This document shows positions 41,158 through 51,641 of a DNA stretch of 64,000 bases, one piece after another. Each line of letters starts with the position of its first letter. The stretch's first letter is position 1. This DNA comes from Kofleriaceae bacterium (GTDB taxonomy: Bacteria > Myxococcota_A > Polyangia > Haliangiales > Haliangiaceae): positions 64,001 through 128,000 of the forward strand of contig CBDCCZ010000004.1 of the NCBI GenBank assembly GCA_965215005.1, in the 5' to 3' direction. A program made the position numbers and the translations under genes. The notes beneath the pieces were generated by a model. It saw only the letters and a program-made list of their open reading frames with translations, made no database searches and was not told the origin of the DNA.

Positions 41158-42521
41158 AGGCCCTGAGCTTGCTGATGCCGCTGCTCATGAGCACGCCGAT
41201 GGCGCTGGCAGCGCCTTCGGTTCGCGTCGACGATCATGGTGACGCGGTCGCGGTGGTGGTGACCGATGCATCGCTTGCCAGCGAGCGGCTGCGCAACTAC
41301 GGCGACCGCATCGATGTCTCGCTTGCCGGTGCCCCCGAGGGCGTCGAGCTCAACTTTGATGACCGCACCGTCAAAGGTGTCGACGTGCGCGGCAAGCGGC
41401 CGAAGCTGAGCGTGCAGCTGCGCCATGGCCGCTCGAGCACGGCGGCGATCGCTGATGCCGCGGCGCTGCGTCCGACCGCGGATGGCTTCGCGCTCATCTT
41501 GCCGCGCGATCCCGAGCAGCCGAACGCGGTGGCGGCGGTGGCGGCGCAGCTTAGTGAGCCGCGGATGCCCGAGGCGCCGATCGCGCCGACTGCACCGGTG
41601 GCGCCCATTGCGACCAATGACGAGGCGGTCGTGGAAGTGACTGCAGAGGCGAGTGACACGGCGGCAGTGACGGCAGCGGCGGTTGAATCCGTGGATTCAG
41701 CGGCCCCAGCGGCCCCCGCGGCCCCCGCAACCAAAGGCGTAAGCGCTGCAGCGGCGCTTAGCACCGAGCTCGATCAGCAAAGCGCCGGCGGCTTCGGGAT
41801 GAGCCTGGTGCTCACGGTGCTGCTTCTCGGGGCCAGCGCCGGTTTGGTGGTGTACGCGAAGAAGAAGAAGCCGCTCGCCGAGCGTCCCGGCGCATTAGAG
41901 ATTGTCGCCAGCCGCTCGGTCGGCCCCAAGGCGCGCCTGGTGCTGATCAATGCTGGCGAGCGCGAGCTGCTTTTGTCGGTGAGCGATCGCGGCGCGCGCT
42001 TGCTCAGCGAGTGGGATGTCGGTGGCACCGGCGTGCGTGACTTCGGCGGCGAGGAAGATGAGCTCGCGGTTGCGCCGCACGGATTCGCCCCGCGGTTGCG
42101 AGCGATGACCAACCGCGCGACCACCGCCGCCATCGAACCAGACGCGCCGGCCAGCGAGCCCGAAGCACCGGCGCCGACCGCCGTCGACAAGCCGGCGTTT
42201 GCGAGCGCCAGCCGGATTCGCGAGCGTCTGGCGATGTTCGCCGCGCCGCGCGCCGCGGGCACTGGCCAGGCAACTATCGCCGACGACGCAGCACCAGAAG
42301 CTCGCGCTCGTGCGCCGCGCGCCAACACGGTCGCGCCGCGTCCCAGCGCGGCTGCCCCTCGTGCCATGACCGCCAACCATCCCGCGCTCGCCGGCCTCAT
42401 GAAGCTTCGCGCCGAGACTGCGGAGGTCAATCCAGAGGTCGCCACCGACGATGCCGGCGCCGACTCCGAGTGGGCGCGTGAGCTGCGTATGGCGACGCGC
42501 AGCGAGAGTAATCGCCAATGA
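41154..42521 (+). CDS. fliO: Large FliO-family protein with signal peptide and N-terminal extracytoplasmic domain
   Basis: TM followed by KKKK and LEIVASRSVGPKARLVLI...ELLLSVS; between fliN and fliP. Confidence 0.8.
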   Translation: MKALSLLMPLLMSTPMALAAPSVRVDDHGDAVAVVVTDASLASERLRNYGDRIDVSLAGAPEGVELNFDDRTVKGVDVRGKRPKLSVQLRHGRSSTAAIADAAALRPTADGFALILPRDPEQPNAVAAVAAQLSEPRMPEAPIAPTAPVAPIATNDEAVVEVTAEASDTAAVTAAAVESVDSAAPAAPAAPATKGVSAAAALSTELDQQSAGGFGMSLVLTVLLLGASAGLVVYAKKKKPLAERPGALEIVASRSVGPKARLVLINAGERELLLSVSDRGARLLSEWDVGGTGVRDFGGEEDELAVAPHGFAPRLRAMTNRATTAAIEPDAPASEPEAPAPTAVDKPAFASASRIRERLAMFAAPRAAGTGQATIADDAAPEARARAPRANTVAPRPSAAAPRAMTANHPALAGLMKLRAETAEVNPEVATDDAGADSEWARELRMATRSESNRQ

Positions 42522-43303
42522 AACGCCGCATCCTCATCGCACTCGCAATCGCGGCGACGTCGCTGCTCACCGTTGAAGCCGCGTTTGCGCAGGCCAACGA
42601 GCCGAGTGACGCAGCACTGACCGTGCCGAGCGCTGCTAGCTTGCAGCAGACCGCGAGCAACATGGGCACCGGCTCGGGGCCCTCGAGCGCGGTGCAGATG
42701 GTGGTCATCCTGGCGCTGGCCTCGCTCGCGCCGGCAATCGTGCTCTCGTGCACCTGCTTCGTTCGGTTCGTGGTCGTGTTCAGCTTCTTGCGCAGCGGCC
42801 TTGGAACGCAAGGTGCGCCGCCAAGCCAGATCATGGTCGGCTTGGCGCTGTTCATGACGCTGTTCGTGATGGCGCCGATTGCCGGCGAGGTTTACGAGCG
42901 TGCCGGCGAGCCATACATGGCGGGGCAGATTGACGAGTCGCAAGCACTGGAAGCGGCGACGCCCTCGATTCGGCGATTCTTGCTCGAGCGCACCCGCGGC
43001 AAGGATCTCGAGCTCTTTTACAGCGTTTCCACCGCCGCGCGTCCGAGCGGCCCCGATGACGTGCCGCTGCGCATCGCGGTGCCCGCGTTCATCGTTTCCG
43101 AGCTCGGTACTGCGTTTCGCATGGGCCTCATCATCCTCTTGCCGTTTTTGGTCATCGAGCTGGTGGTGGCTGCGGTGCTATCGGCGCTGGGCATGGTCAT
43201 GTTGCCGCCGCCGATCGTCTCCATGCCTATCAAGCTGCTCGTGTTCGTTGCCGTCGATGGTTGGCACCTCACGGTGTCGTCACTGCTCCGCGGAGTGATG
43301 TAA
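42518..43303 (+). CDS. fliP: Flagellar export gate protein FliP
   Basis: FLRSGLGTQGAPP, PAFIVSEL, GMVMLPP, KLLVFVAVDGW. Confidence 0.97.
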   Translation: MKRRILIALAIAATSLLTVEAAFAQANEPSDAALTVPSAASLQQTASNMGTGSGPSSAVQMVVILALASLAPAIVLSCTCFVRFVVVFSFLRSGLGTQGAPPSQIMVGLALFMTLFVMAPIAGEVYERAGEPYMAGQIDESQALEAATPSIRRFLLERTRGKDLELFYSVSTAARPSGPDDVPLRIAVPAFIVSELGTAFRMGLIILLPFLVIELVVAAVLSALGMVMLPPPIVSMPIKLLVFVAVDGWHLTVSSLLRGVM

Positions 43304-43585
43304 GTGGACATCGGCAACCTCACGGATCTCTGGCGCGACGCCATGACCACCGCTGCGGTGGTTGGTGCGCCGTTCTTGCTGGTTGCCCTCGCCGTCGGCC
43401 TGTTCATGTCACTTCTGCAGGCCGCCACGCAGATTCAAGAAAACATTCTCGCGTTCGTCCCCAAGATCATCGCGATTGGCCTGGTGATGGCGCTCGCTGG
43501 TAGCTGGATCGTCGACCGCATGGCGCGCTACACCACCAGCGCCTTCGAAAAGACGGTCGACATCGGCCGCGGAGAGCGGCAGTGA
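43304..43585 (+). CDS. fliQ: Flagellar export gate protein FliQ
   Basis: LQAATQIQENILAFVPK. Confidence 0.96.
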   Translation: MDIGNLTDLWRDAMTTAAVVGAPFLLVALAVGLFMSLLQAATQIQENILAFVPKIIAIGLVMALAGSWIVDRMARYTTSAFEKTVDIGRGERQ

Positions 43586-44307
43586 CCGAGGCGGTGGTCG
43601 CCACGTTTTTGGTGGTGTTTGCGCGCGCCGTCGCGCTGTTTAGCACCATGCCGCTGCTCGGCGATCGGTCGACGCCGGGCAAGGTGCGACTGGTGGCGGC
43701 GATCGCGGTGGCCGCGGCGATCGCGCCGACTCGCGATCCGGTGGCCATGGACGAAGTCTTTGCGCTGGTGCCTCTCGAGCTCCTTGCGGGGCTGATCGCG
43801 GGGTTTGCTGGTCGACTCTGCTTGGCGGGTGCCGAGACCGCAGGCCAGTTAATTGGCCTCGGCTTTGGCCTTGGGTTGGCGCAGTCGTTCGACCCAAGCC
43901 TTGGCGAGCAAGCGCTGGTGACGCGCCGCATGGTGCTCGCGCTCGCTGCGCTGGCGTTTCTATTCGCCGGCGGGCTCGAAGCGGCGGTGCGCGTTGTGGC
44001 GGTGGCGCCGGCGAGCATGGTCAGCATTGGCGCCGGCATTGGTCACATTCTCGAGAACTCGTACCAAGTCTTGACTGCAGGCATCGCGCTCGCGGCGCCC
44101 ATCATGGTCGCCGGTCTCATCACCAACCTCGGCACCGCGATGGCCTCGAAGGCCTCGCCGGCGTTCAACCTGTTTTCCGTCAACCTGCCAGCGCTGATGA
44201 TCGTCGGCGTGTTGGTGCTGCTCACCACGGCGCCGGCGCTGGCTCGGCAGCTCGGCGATTTAGGTCGTGAAGCCAGCGCGCAAATGCTGCTGGCGACGGG
44301 GCGATGA
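43582..44307 (+). CDS. fliR: Flagellar export gate protein FliR
   Basis: Hydrophobic; AGQLIG..FGLGLAQSFDP, ALAAP, SPAFNLF. Confidence 0.93.
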   Translation: MTEAVVATFLVVFARAVALFSTMPLLGDRSTPGKVRLVAAIAVAAAIAPTRDPVAMDEVFALVPLELLAGLIAGFAGRLCLAGAETAGQLIGLGFGLGLAQSFDPSLGEQALVTRRMVLALAALAFLFAGGLEAAVRVVAVAPASMVSIGAGIGHILENSYQVLTAGIALAAPIMVAGLITNLGTAMASKASPAFNLFSVNLPALMIVGVLVLLTTAPALARQLGDLGREASAQMLLATGR

Positions 44308-45368
44308 GCATGGCCGATAGCGCGCAAAAGACTCAGAAGCCGACGCCCAAGCGGCTTCGCGACTTCCGCAAGCGCGGCGATATCGCGCTTTCGAAAGATG
44401 TCATGGCGGTGGCCACGCTGCTCGGTGGCGCGGTGGCGTTGATCGCCTTTGCCGATGACGCCGGACGCGCCATTGCCGATCTGCTCAGCGTTTGCGTGCG
44501 CAAGGTCGATGGATCGGATGCAAGCGAGCTGCCGGCGGCAGCCGCGCATACCTTTGTGGTGTGCGTGATTCCGCCGTGCGTGGGCGCGATGCTCGCGCTG
44601 CTGGTGAGCGGCACGTTGCAGCTCGGATGGCCGCCAGCGCTCAAGAGCATCAAGTTCGACGTGGTCAAAATCGTCACGTTTCAGAGTGCGGCGCAGATTC
44701 TCTCGCCCAAAGCGGCGCTCGGCCGCGGCGCCAATTCTCTGGCCAAGGTCGGGCTGGTGGGCGTTGCGATGTTCATCGCGGCGCGCGGCGAGATGATGCG
44801 TTTTCTCGAGAAGCCGGCGGTCGAGCCGCGAATGCTCGCCGAGCGTCTCAGCGAGGCTGCGCTGCGCTTGGGGCTGTACTCGCTGGTGGCGCTCACCGGG
44901 CTCGCGGCGTTCGACTACCTGTGGAAGCGCCGCAGCGTGAACAACAAGATGATGATGAGCTCCGAGGAGATCAAGAAGGAGCACAAAGAGTCCGAGGGCG
45001 ACCCGCACGTCAAAGGCGCGCGTCGTCGCAAGATGCGCCAGCTGGCGCAGCGGCGCCTGGCCGTCGAGGTCAAAACCGCCGACGTCGTCATCGTCAATCC
45101 GACGCATTACGCCGTAGCGCTGCGCTATCAGACCGATAAAGAAGGCGCCCCGCGCGTCGTCGCCAAAGGACGCGGTCCGCTGGCTGAGCGCATTCGCGAG
45201 ATGGCGCGCAAGGCAGGCGTGCCGATCCTTCCGCGGCCGCCGCTCACTCGTTTGCTCTACAAGCTCGTGCCCGAAGGCCGCGAGATTCCGGCGCAGGTGT
45301 ATCAGGCCGTAGCCGAGGTGCTGGCGTTCGTTTACAAGGTGCGCCGCGGCGTTAGGAGGAGCTCGTGA
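44304..45368 (+). CDS. flhB: Flagellar export protein FlhB
   Basis: KTQKPTPKR, EHKESEGDPHVK, NPTH autocleavage motif. Confidence 0.97.
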   Translation: MSMADSAQKTQKPTPKRLRDFRKRGDIALSKDVMAVATLLGGAVALIAFADDAGRAIADLLSVCVRKVDGSDASELPAAAAHTFVVCVIPPCVGAMLALLVSGTLQLGWPPALKSIKFDVVKIVTFQSAAQILSPKAALGRGANSLAKVGLVGVAMFIAARGEMMRFLEKPAVEPRMLAERLSEAALRLGLYSLVALTGLAAFDYLWKRRSVNNKMMMSSEEIKKEHKESEGDPHVKGARRRKMRQLAQRRLAVEVKTADVVIVNPTHYAVALRYQTDKEGAPRVVAKGRGPLAERIREMARKAGVPILPRPPLTRLLYKLVPEGREIPAQVYQAVAEVLAFVYKVRRGVRRSS

Positions 45369-47437
45369 AAGCCGCCGCGGTTGGCGGTGCAGCGCCGCGC
45401 AGCGACATGCTGGTGGCCGGAAGCCTCGTCGGCATGCTGGCGCTCACGGTGTTGCCGCTGCCGCCGCTGCTCATGGACTTGCTGCTGGCGCTGAGCCTGT
45501 GCATCGCCGTGCTGGTGTTCTTGGTGTCGGTGTACATCGAGAAGCCGCTCGAGTTCTCGTCGTTTCCGGCGCTGCTGCTGTTCGTCACGCTGTTTCGCCT
45601 GGCGCTCAATGTCGCCTCGACGCGCCTCATTTTGCTCCGTGGCGATGAGGGACCGCACGCCGCTGGTGGGGTGATTCGCGCGTTCGGCGAGTTCGCCCTC
45701 GGCGGCAACTTCGTCGTCGGCGGCGTGGTGTTCCTCATTCTCGTCATCGTCAACTTCATCGTCATCACCAAAGGCGCGGAGCGAATTTCCGAGGTGGGCG
45801 CACGCTTCACCTTGGACTCGATGCCCGGCAAGCAGATGGCCATCGATGCCGACCTCGGCTCGGGACTCATCACCGAAGTCGAGGCGCGCGAGCGGCGCAA
45901 AGCGATTCAGCGCGAGGCCGACTTTCACGGCGCCATGGACGGCGCTTCCAAGTTTGTTCGCGGCGATGCCATCGCCGGCTTGCTCATCACTGGAATCAAC
46001 GTCCTGGGCGGCATCATCATCGGCGTCGCGCAGAGCGGCATGTCGTTTGGAGATGCCGCTACTACCTACACCATCCTCTCGATTGGTGATGGTTTGGTGT
46101 CGCAGATTCCGGCGCTCCTCATCTCAACCGGCGCCGCGCTGCTCACCACTCGCTCCGGCGATGACGCGCTCGGCACGCAGCTCGGCTCGCAGCTGTTATC
46201 GCGCAAGCGGCCGATGATGATTGCCGCCGGGGTGCTGTTCACCATTGGTCTCATCCCCGGCATGCCGCATTTGGCGTTCTTTGCGCTCGCTGGCGTTGCC
46301 GCGTACATCGGCAACAAAGCGAGTGGCGCGCCGGTTAGCGAGCCTGGCGCCGCGGACCGCGGTCGAGTCGCGCATCGTCCCGAGCTCGCCGACCCCAGTG
46401 ACCCCGAGGTGCAGAAGGCGGAAATCGAGTCGCTGCTGCCCGTAGAGCTCCTCTCGCTCGAGGTCGGCTTGGATCTCTTGCCGATGGTCGATGCCGATCG
46501 CGGTGGTGAGCTGCTCGGTCGTATCGCATCGCTGCGCAAGCAGATCGCCACCGACCTGGGTCTCATCGTGCCGCCGGTTCACGTCCGCGACGATTTGCGC
46601 ATGCGCCCCGGCGCGTATCGCATCGTCATCTCCGGGGTGCCGGTCGCCGAGGGCGAGGTGCGCGCTGGACGAATGCTCGCGATCGACCCCGGCGGCACCG
46701 CGACCCGCGGAATCGCTGGTGAGATGGTCAAGGAGCCAACTTTCGGGCTGCCGGCCAAGTGGATTGCCAGCGGCGAGCGCGCGCGCGCCGAGGCCGCCGG
46801 CTGCACTGTCGTCGACGCTTCGGCGGTGATCGCAACCCACCTCACGGAGATCATTCGCCGTCACGGCGGCGACTTACTCGGCCGACGCGAGGCCGCCGAG
46901 CTCATCGAGGTCGCCGCCAAACAGCATCAAAAGGTCGTCGAAGAGCTCATCCCAAATCTCATGTCGCTCGGCGAGGTCATCAAGGTATTGCGCAACCTGC
47001 TCAGCGAAAATGTCTCGGTGCGTGACTTGCGCACCATCCTCGAGACGCTGGCCGATCACGCCGGGCAGACCAAAGACCCCGCCGAGCTCACCGAGCACGT
47101 TCGCCAGCGACTCGCGCGTCGCATCACCCGCGCCAATCTCGCCGACTCGGGCGAGCTTCGCGCCATGGTGCTTGCTCCGGCTGCCGAAGAACTGTTTCGC
47201 GGTGGCGGCAGCGCGCGCGGTTTGTCCGCGCTGGCGGGTGAGCTCGAGGCCGAGTGCCGCAAAGCAATCGAGCGCGATGAGCCGCCGCTGCTGGTGGTTG
47301 CGCCCGATGTTCGCCGCACCGTCTCTGCCATCGCCGCACGTCACGTTCCCGGACTCGTGGTCATGAGTTACCGCGAGGTCGATCCCAGTGTTCCGTTCGT
47401 CACCCGTAGCGTCGTCGCTCCCAAGGAGGCCGCATGA
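45365..47437 (+). CDS. flhA: Flagellar export protein FlhA
   Basis: RLALNVASTR, ARFTLDSMPGKQMAIDADL, GAMDGASKFVRGDAIAG. Confidence 0.98.
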   Translation: MKAAAVGGAAPRSDMLVAGSLVGMLALTVLPLPPLLMDLLLALSLCIAVLVFLVSVYIEKPLEFSSFPALLLFVTLFRLALNVASTRLILLRGDEGPHAAGGVIRAFGEFALGGNFVVGGVVFLILVIVNFIVITKGAERISEVGARFTLDSMPGKQMAIDADLGSGLITEVEARERRKAIQREADFHGAMDGASKFVRGDAIAGLLITGINVLGGIIIGVAQSGMSFGDAATTYTILSIGDGLVSQIPALLISTGAALLTTRSGDDALGTQLGSQLLSRKRPMMIAAGVLFTIGLIPGMPHLAFFALAGVAAYIGNKASGAPVSEPGAADRGRVAHRPELADPSDPEVQKAEIESLLPVELLSLEVGLDLLPMVDADRGGELLGRIASLRKQIATDLGLIVPPVHVRDDLRMRPGAYRIVISGVPVAEGEVRAGRMLAIDPGGTATRGIAGEMVKEPTFGLPAKWIASGERARAEAAGCTVVDASAVIATHLTEIIRRHGGDLLGRREAAELIEVAAKQHQKVVEELIPNLMSLGEVIKVLRNLLSENVSVRDLRTILETLADHAGQTKDPAELTEHVRQRLARRITRANLADSGELRAMVLAPAAEELFRGGGSARGLSALAGELEAECRKAIERDEPPLLVVAPDVRRTVSAIAARHVPGLVVMSYREVDPSVPFVTRSVVAPKEAA

Positions 47438-48507
47438 AGATCACGAAGTTCCAGGCAGCCAACATGCGTGAGGCTCTTGCCAAGATCAAACGCGAGCTAG
47501 GGCCGGAGGCGATGGTCATCTCGACGCGGCAAGTGCGGCGCGGTTTCCTCGGCACCGGCGTCGAGGTCACTGCGGCGGTCGACGTGGACGAGCCGGAGCC
47601 GCAGGGCCTGGCGGCGCTGCCACCAGCGAGCGCAAGCTCGGTCATGTCGTCGTCGGCGGCGCTTGCCGAAGAAGATGTCGAGCGCATCATGGCGCCGCTG
47701 CGATCGGAGCTGCGTTCGCTGCGCTCGATGCTGCGGACCTCGGGCGAGGCGCGGCAAAGTGATGAGCTGCGCCGCGAGTTGGCCGCAATGCGCCGCGCCC
47801 TGGCAACGATTCAAGTCGAGCGCGGGCAAGAGGTCGAGACCGACACCGCCTCGCTGCGGCAGCTGGCGCGGCAACATCGGATCGCCTCGTCGTCTCGCGG
47901 GCGGGTCATCGCGCTCGTCGGACCTACCGGCGTAGGCAAGACCACCACCATCGCCAAGCTAGCGGCACGCGCGGCGCTCATCGAGCACAAGTCGGTCGCT
48001 ATCATCACGCTGGATACCTATCGCATCGGCGGTGAGGAGCAGATGCGAATCTTCGCGGATTTGATCGGTGTGCCGCTTTACTTGGTGGCTGATCCCGCCG
48101 ATGTCTCCGATCAGGTGCGAGCGCTTGCCGACTACGACTTGATCTTCATCGATACCGCGGGCCGCAGTCCCCGCGACGTGCCCGCCATCAGCGCGCTGCG
48201 CCGCGGACTGGCGCAAGTCGATGATCTCGAGATTCATCTCGCGGTGTCGGCCTCGACACCGGCTGCGACCATTGACGGCATCTTCGCGCGTTATCAAGCC
48301 ATGCAAATCGACCGCCTGCTGTTCACCAAGCTCGACGAAGCCGACAACCTCGAGGAGCTGGTGCGTGCACCAGCGCGCCTAGCGGTGCCGGTCTCCTATG
48401 TCACCACGGGACAAGCCGTTCCCGAAGACATCGAAGTGGCCTCGGCCAAACGCTTGCTCACGCTTGCGAGCGCCGGACTGCCCGTCGCTACCGAGGTGGC
48501 GGCGTGA
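47434..48507 (+). CDS. flhF: SRP-family GTPase FlhF
   Basis: GPTGVGKTTT, DTYRIG, DTAGRS, TKLDE, GQAVPEDI. Confidence 0.96.
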   Translation: MKITKFQAANMREALAKIKRELGPEAMVISTRQVRRGFLGTGVEVTAAVDVDEPEPQGLAALPPASASSVMSSSAALAEEDVERIMAPLRSELRSLRSMLRTSGEARQSDELRRELAAMRRALATIQVERGQEVETDTASLRQLARQHRIASSSRGRVIALVGPTGVGKTTTIAKLAARAALIEHKSVAIITLDTYRIGGEEQMRIFADLIGVPLYLVADPADVSDQVRALADYDLIFIDTAGRSPRDVPAISALRRGLAQVDDLEIHLAVSASTPAATIDGIFARYQAMQIDRLLFTKLDEADNLEELVRAPARLAVPVSYVTTGQAVPEDIEVASAKRLLTLASAGLPVATEVAA

Positions 48508-49385
48508 TGGCGGATCAGGCAGCAACGCTTCGTAAAATGGCCGGCGGCAAAGTGGTCGACCTGCGACCACGCCGCGACCGCGCCATCGCCATCACCGGCG
48601 GCAAAGGTGGCGTCGGCAAGAGCACGGTGGCGGTCAACCTCGCCTGCGCATATGCCAAGCAAGGCGCGCAGGCGCTCACCGTCGACGCCGACCTCGGCAT
48701 GGCCGATCTCAACCTGCTTCTGGGCGTGGCGCCGGAGTTCAGCTTGCTCGATATTTTGCGCGGCTGTCCCATCGATGACGTGCTGGTCGAAGCCCATGGC
48801 ATTCACCTGCTTCCGGCGCTCAACGGCAGCTATTCGCTCGAGAACATGGACGACGACGCCCGGGCTGCGGTGTTTGGCGCCATCTCCTCGCTCGATGATC
48901 GCTTCGATACCCTCATCGTCGACATCGCCGCAGGCATTGGTCCCAATCAAGTCGCCTTCGCCGGCGCGGTCTCGGATGTGGTCGTCGTTGCCACCCCAGA
49001 GCCGCTGTCACTCGCCGATGCCTACGCGTGTCTCAAGGTGCTCGCGACCCGCCAAAAGCTGCGCCACGCGTTCATCGCGCCCAATCGGGTGCGGTCGCGC
49101 GCGGAAGCCGAAGAAGTGGTCGCGCGGCTCAGCTCGCTGGTTGGGCGCTTTCTCGGCATGACGCTTACGCCACTGCCCGCGGTGCCCTACGACCCGCTCA
49201 TCGCCGAGGCCGCTGCCGCCGGTATTCCGCTGGTTCACTATCGGCCCGATGCGCCGGCAGCGCGCGCCATCAAACATCTGGCGCGCCGCCTCGACACCCT
49301 GGCGATGCCCGACCGCCGCGAAGGCGTGACGCGGCTGTTTTGGCGCAACGCGTTCGGTGACGCCAAAGAAGGGACTCAGTCATGA
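48507..49385 (+). CDS. flhG: MinD-like ATPase FlhG/FleN
   Basis: DQAATLR, GKGGVGKS, DADLGMAD, TPEPLSLADAY. Confidence 0.95.
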   Translation: MADQAATLRKMAGGKVVDLRPRRDRAIAITGGKGGVGKSTVAVNLACAYAKQGAQALTVDADLGMADLNLLLGVAPEFSLLDILRGCPIDDVLVEAHGIHLLPALNGSYSLENMDDDARAAVFGAISSLDDRFDTLIVDIAAGIGPNQVAFAGAVSDVVVVATPEPLSLADAYACLKVLATRQKLRHAFIAPNRVRSRAEAEEVVARLSSLVGRFLGMTLTPLPAVPYDPLIAEAAAAGIPLVHYRPDAPAARAIKHLARRLDTLAMPDRREGVTRLFWRNAFGDAKEGTQS

Positions 49386-50107
49386 AAGCGTACGCCCGCG
49401 CCGCTCATCCGTCGCTGAACGACCGCGACCGGCTCATCGCCGAGCACGTCGACGTGGCTCGCCGCATCGCGTTGCGAGTAGCGCGTCGCGTGCCCGATTG
49501 GCTCAGCGTCGACGACTTGGTCGGCGCCGGCATGATCGGCTTGGCCGAGGCCGCCGATCGCTACGACGGCAGTCGCGGCGAGCCGTTCATTGGCTTTGCC
49601 GAGAAGCGCATCCGCGGCGCGGTGCTCGACGAGCTGCGTCGTGGCGACATCATGCCGCGCCGAGTTCGCAATACCGCCCGTAAGGTTGGCGAGGCGATTC
49701 GCGGGCTCGAGCAGCAGCTTGGGCGCCCGCCTGAAGACGAAGAAGTTGCCGCCAAGCTCGGTGTGGGCGTTGCGGAGTATCGCGACGATCTAGCCGGTCT
49801 CACCCACGTGGCGGTGGTCGAGCTCGAGTCGCCAGAGCTGGCGCCGGAAGCGCATCGCTCGCCCGATGAAGAGTCGCCCGAGGCGCAAACTGCCAAGGTC
49901 GAGCTGATGCGGCGCATCCAGGAGTGCCTGCATCGGTTGCCCGAGCGCGACGCGCTGATCCTCAGCCTCTACTACAACGAAGAGTTCACCTACACCGAGA
50001 TCGGCGGACTGCTCGGCGTGAGCGAGTCGCGGGTGTGTCAGCTGCATTCGCGCGCCATCGCCCGATTGCGGGTCGAGATCGAGACGCCGGCCGGAGCGGC
50101 CGCCTAG
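49382..50107 (+). CDS. fliA: Flagellar sigma factor sigma28
   Basis: DLVGAGMIGL, RIRGAVLDELR, LGVSESRVCQLH. Confidence 0.96.
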   Translation: MKAYARAAHPSLNDRDRLIAEHVDVARRIALRVARRVPDWLSVDDLVGAGMIGLAEAADRYDGSRGEPFIGFAEKRIRGAVLDELRRGDIMPRRVRNTARKVGEAIRGLEQQLGRPPEDEEVAAKLGVGVAEYRDDLAGLTHVAVVELESPELAPEAHRSPDEESPEAQTAKVELMRRIQECLHRLPERDALILSLYYNEEFTYTEIGGLLGVSESRVCQLHSRAIARLRVEIETPAGAAA

Positions 50108-50117
50108 GAGGCAAACG

Positions 50118-50837
50118 ATGAGCAGCGGGATCTACATAGCCACCTCGGGCGCGCGCGCGCAGCAAGACTCCATGGATGTCACGGCCAACAATCTGGCCAA
50201 CGCCTCGACCACTGGCTTCAAGCAGGCCAAGGTGGCGTTTGCGCAGGCACTGACGCAGGCCCAGGGGCAATCGCCCGACTCGCGTTTCGTGCAAACCGCC
50301 GAGGTCGGTAGTGATATGAGCGCCGGGACGTTGCGCGAGACCGGTAATCCACTCGACCTGGCGCTCGTCGGCGATGGCTTCTTTGCCGTCGATACCCCGC
50401 GCGGGCTTCGCTACACCCGCGCCGGTGACTTCCGCCTCGACGCCGGCGGCCAGATCGTCAACGTCGATGGCTATCCGGCCGCAGCGCAAGGCGGCGGCGC
50501 CATCAGCATTCCCGAGGGAACCGCGACTGTCACCGTAGACAGCAGCGGCGCCGTGTTGGCAGATGGCGCCGAGGTAGGACGCCTCGAGCTGGCGCGCTTT
50601 GCACCGGAGGCGCTGGTTCGCGAGGGCTCCAATCTGTTCGTCGCCCAGGGTGCGGCGGCCGAGGGCGAGGCACCCGAAGTGGTCGCTGGCGCGCTCGAGC
50701 AGAGCAACGTCAATGCCGTTCGCGGCATGGTCGATCTGGTCAAGGTCTCGCGCACCCATCAAGCGCTGCTGCGCATGATCGAGACCTATCGCGAAGTAGA
50801 AAGCCGCGCCGCCCGCACCCTTGGCTCCGCCAAGTAA
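50118..50837 (+). CDS. flgF: Flagellar rod protein FlgF
   Basis: ANNLANASTTGFK, TGNPLDLAL, YTRAGDF, LEQSNVN. Confidence 0.93.
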   Translation: MSSGIYIATSGARAQQDSMDVTANNLANASTTGFKQAKVAFAQALTQAQGQSPDSRFVQTAEVGSDMSAGTLRETGNPLDLALVGDGFFAVDTPRGLRYTRAGDFRLDAGGQIVNVDGYPAAAQGGGAISIPEGTATVTVDSSGAVLADGAEVGRLELARFAPEALVREGSNLFVAQGAAAEGEAPEVVAGALEQSNVNAVRGMVDLVKVSRTHQALLRMIETYREVESRAARTLGSAK

Positions 50838-50852
50838 CGAAGGAGAGCAGTC

Positions 50853-51641
50853 ATGATTCGTGCCCTTTCGACCGCCGCTACCGGCATGGAAGCCCAGCAG
50901 ACCAAGCTGGACGTTACTTCCAACAACATCGCCAACGTCTCGACCGCTGGCTTCAAGAAGTCGCGCGCCGAGTTCGCCGATCTCATGTATCAAAACCTGC
51001 GTCCGGCGGGCACCGCTGCCGGCAACGGCGGCGGCCAAGTGCCCACTGGTTTGCAAGTGGGCATGGGAACGCGCGTAACGTCAACGCAGCGTGAGCACTC
51101 CGAAGGCGACTTGCGGCAGACCGGCAACCCGCTCGACGTCGCCATCGAAGGTCGCGGCTTCTACCCCGTGACGTTGCCGACGGGCGAGCAGGCATACACC
51201 CGAAACGGCGCCTTCAAGCTCGATTCCGAGGGGCGCTTCGTCAACGCCGAGGGCTATGCGCTGGCTTCGGAAATCACGCTACCACCGGATGTGCAAGGCG
51301 TGGCCATCGCCGCCGATGGCACCGTGACCGCGACGATTCCGGGCGATCCGGCGCCGGTGGAGGTGGGGCAGATCGAGATCGCGACCTTCGCCAATCCCGC
51401 GGGTCTGGAGGCGATGGGCAAGACGCTGTATCGCGCCACCGCAGCCTCGGGAGAGGCAATTCTCGGTGCTCCTGGCGAGAACGGCGCGGGAAACTTATCG
51501 CAAGGCACACTCGAGCTCTCGAACGTCAAAGTGGTCGAAGAGATGATTGATTTGATCAGTGGGCAACGCGCTTACGAGGTCAACTCACGCGTCATTCGCG
51601 CCGCTGACGAGATGCTCCAGCAAACGGCCAACCTGAAGTGA
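50853..51641 (+). CDS. flgG: Flagellar distal rod protein FlgG
   Basis: SNNIANVSTAGFKK, PTGLQVGMG, QRAYEVNS. Confidence 0.97.
   Translation: MIRALSTAATGMEAQQTKLDVTSNNIANVSTAGFKKSRAEFADLMYQNLRPAGTAAGNGGGQVPTGLQVGMGTRVTSTQREHSEGDLRQTGNPLDVAIEGRGFYPVTLPTGEQAYTRNGAFKLDSEGRFVNAEGYALASEITLPPDVQGVAIAADGTVTATIPGDPAPVEVGQIEIATFANPAGLEAMGKTLYRATAASGEAILGAPGENGAGNLSQGTLELSNVKVVEEMIDLISGQRAYEVNSRVIRAADEMLQQTANLK

Noticed and set aside
29698..47437. Cluster as a non-flagellar T3SS injectisome, as found in some myxobacteria
   Set aside because: Rod, hook, P/L ring, flagellin, cap, FliA/FlgM and FlhF/FlhG genes identify it as flagellar
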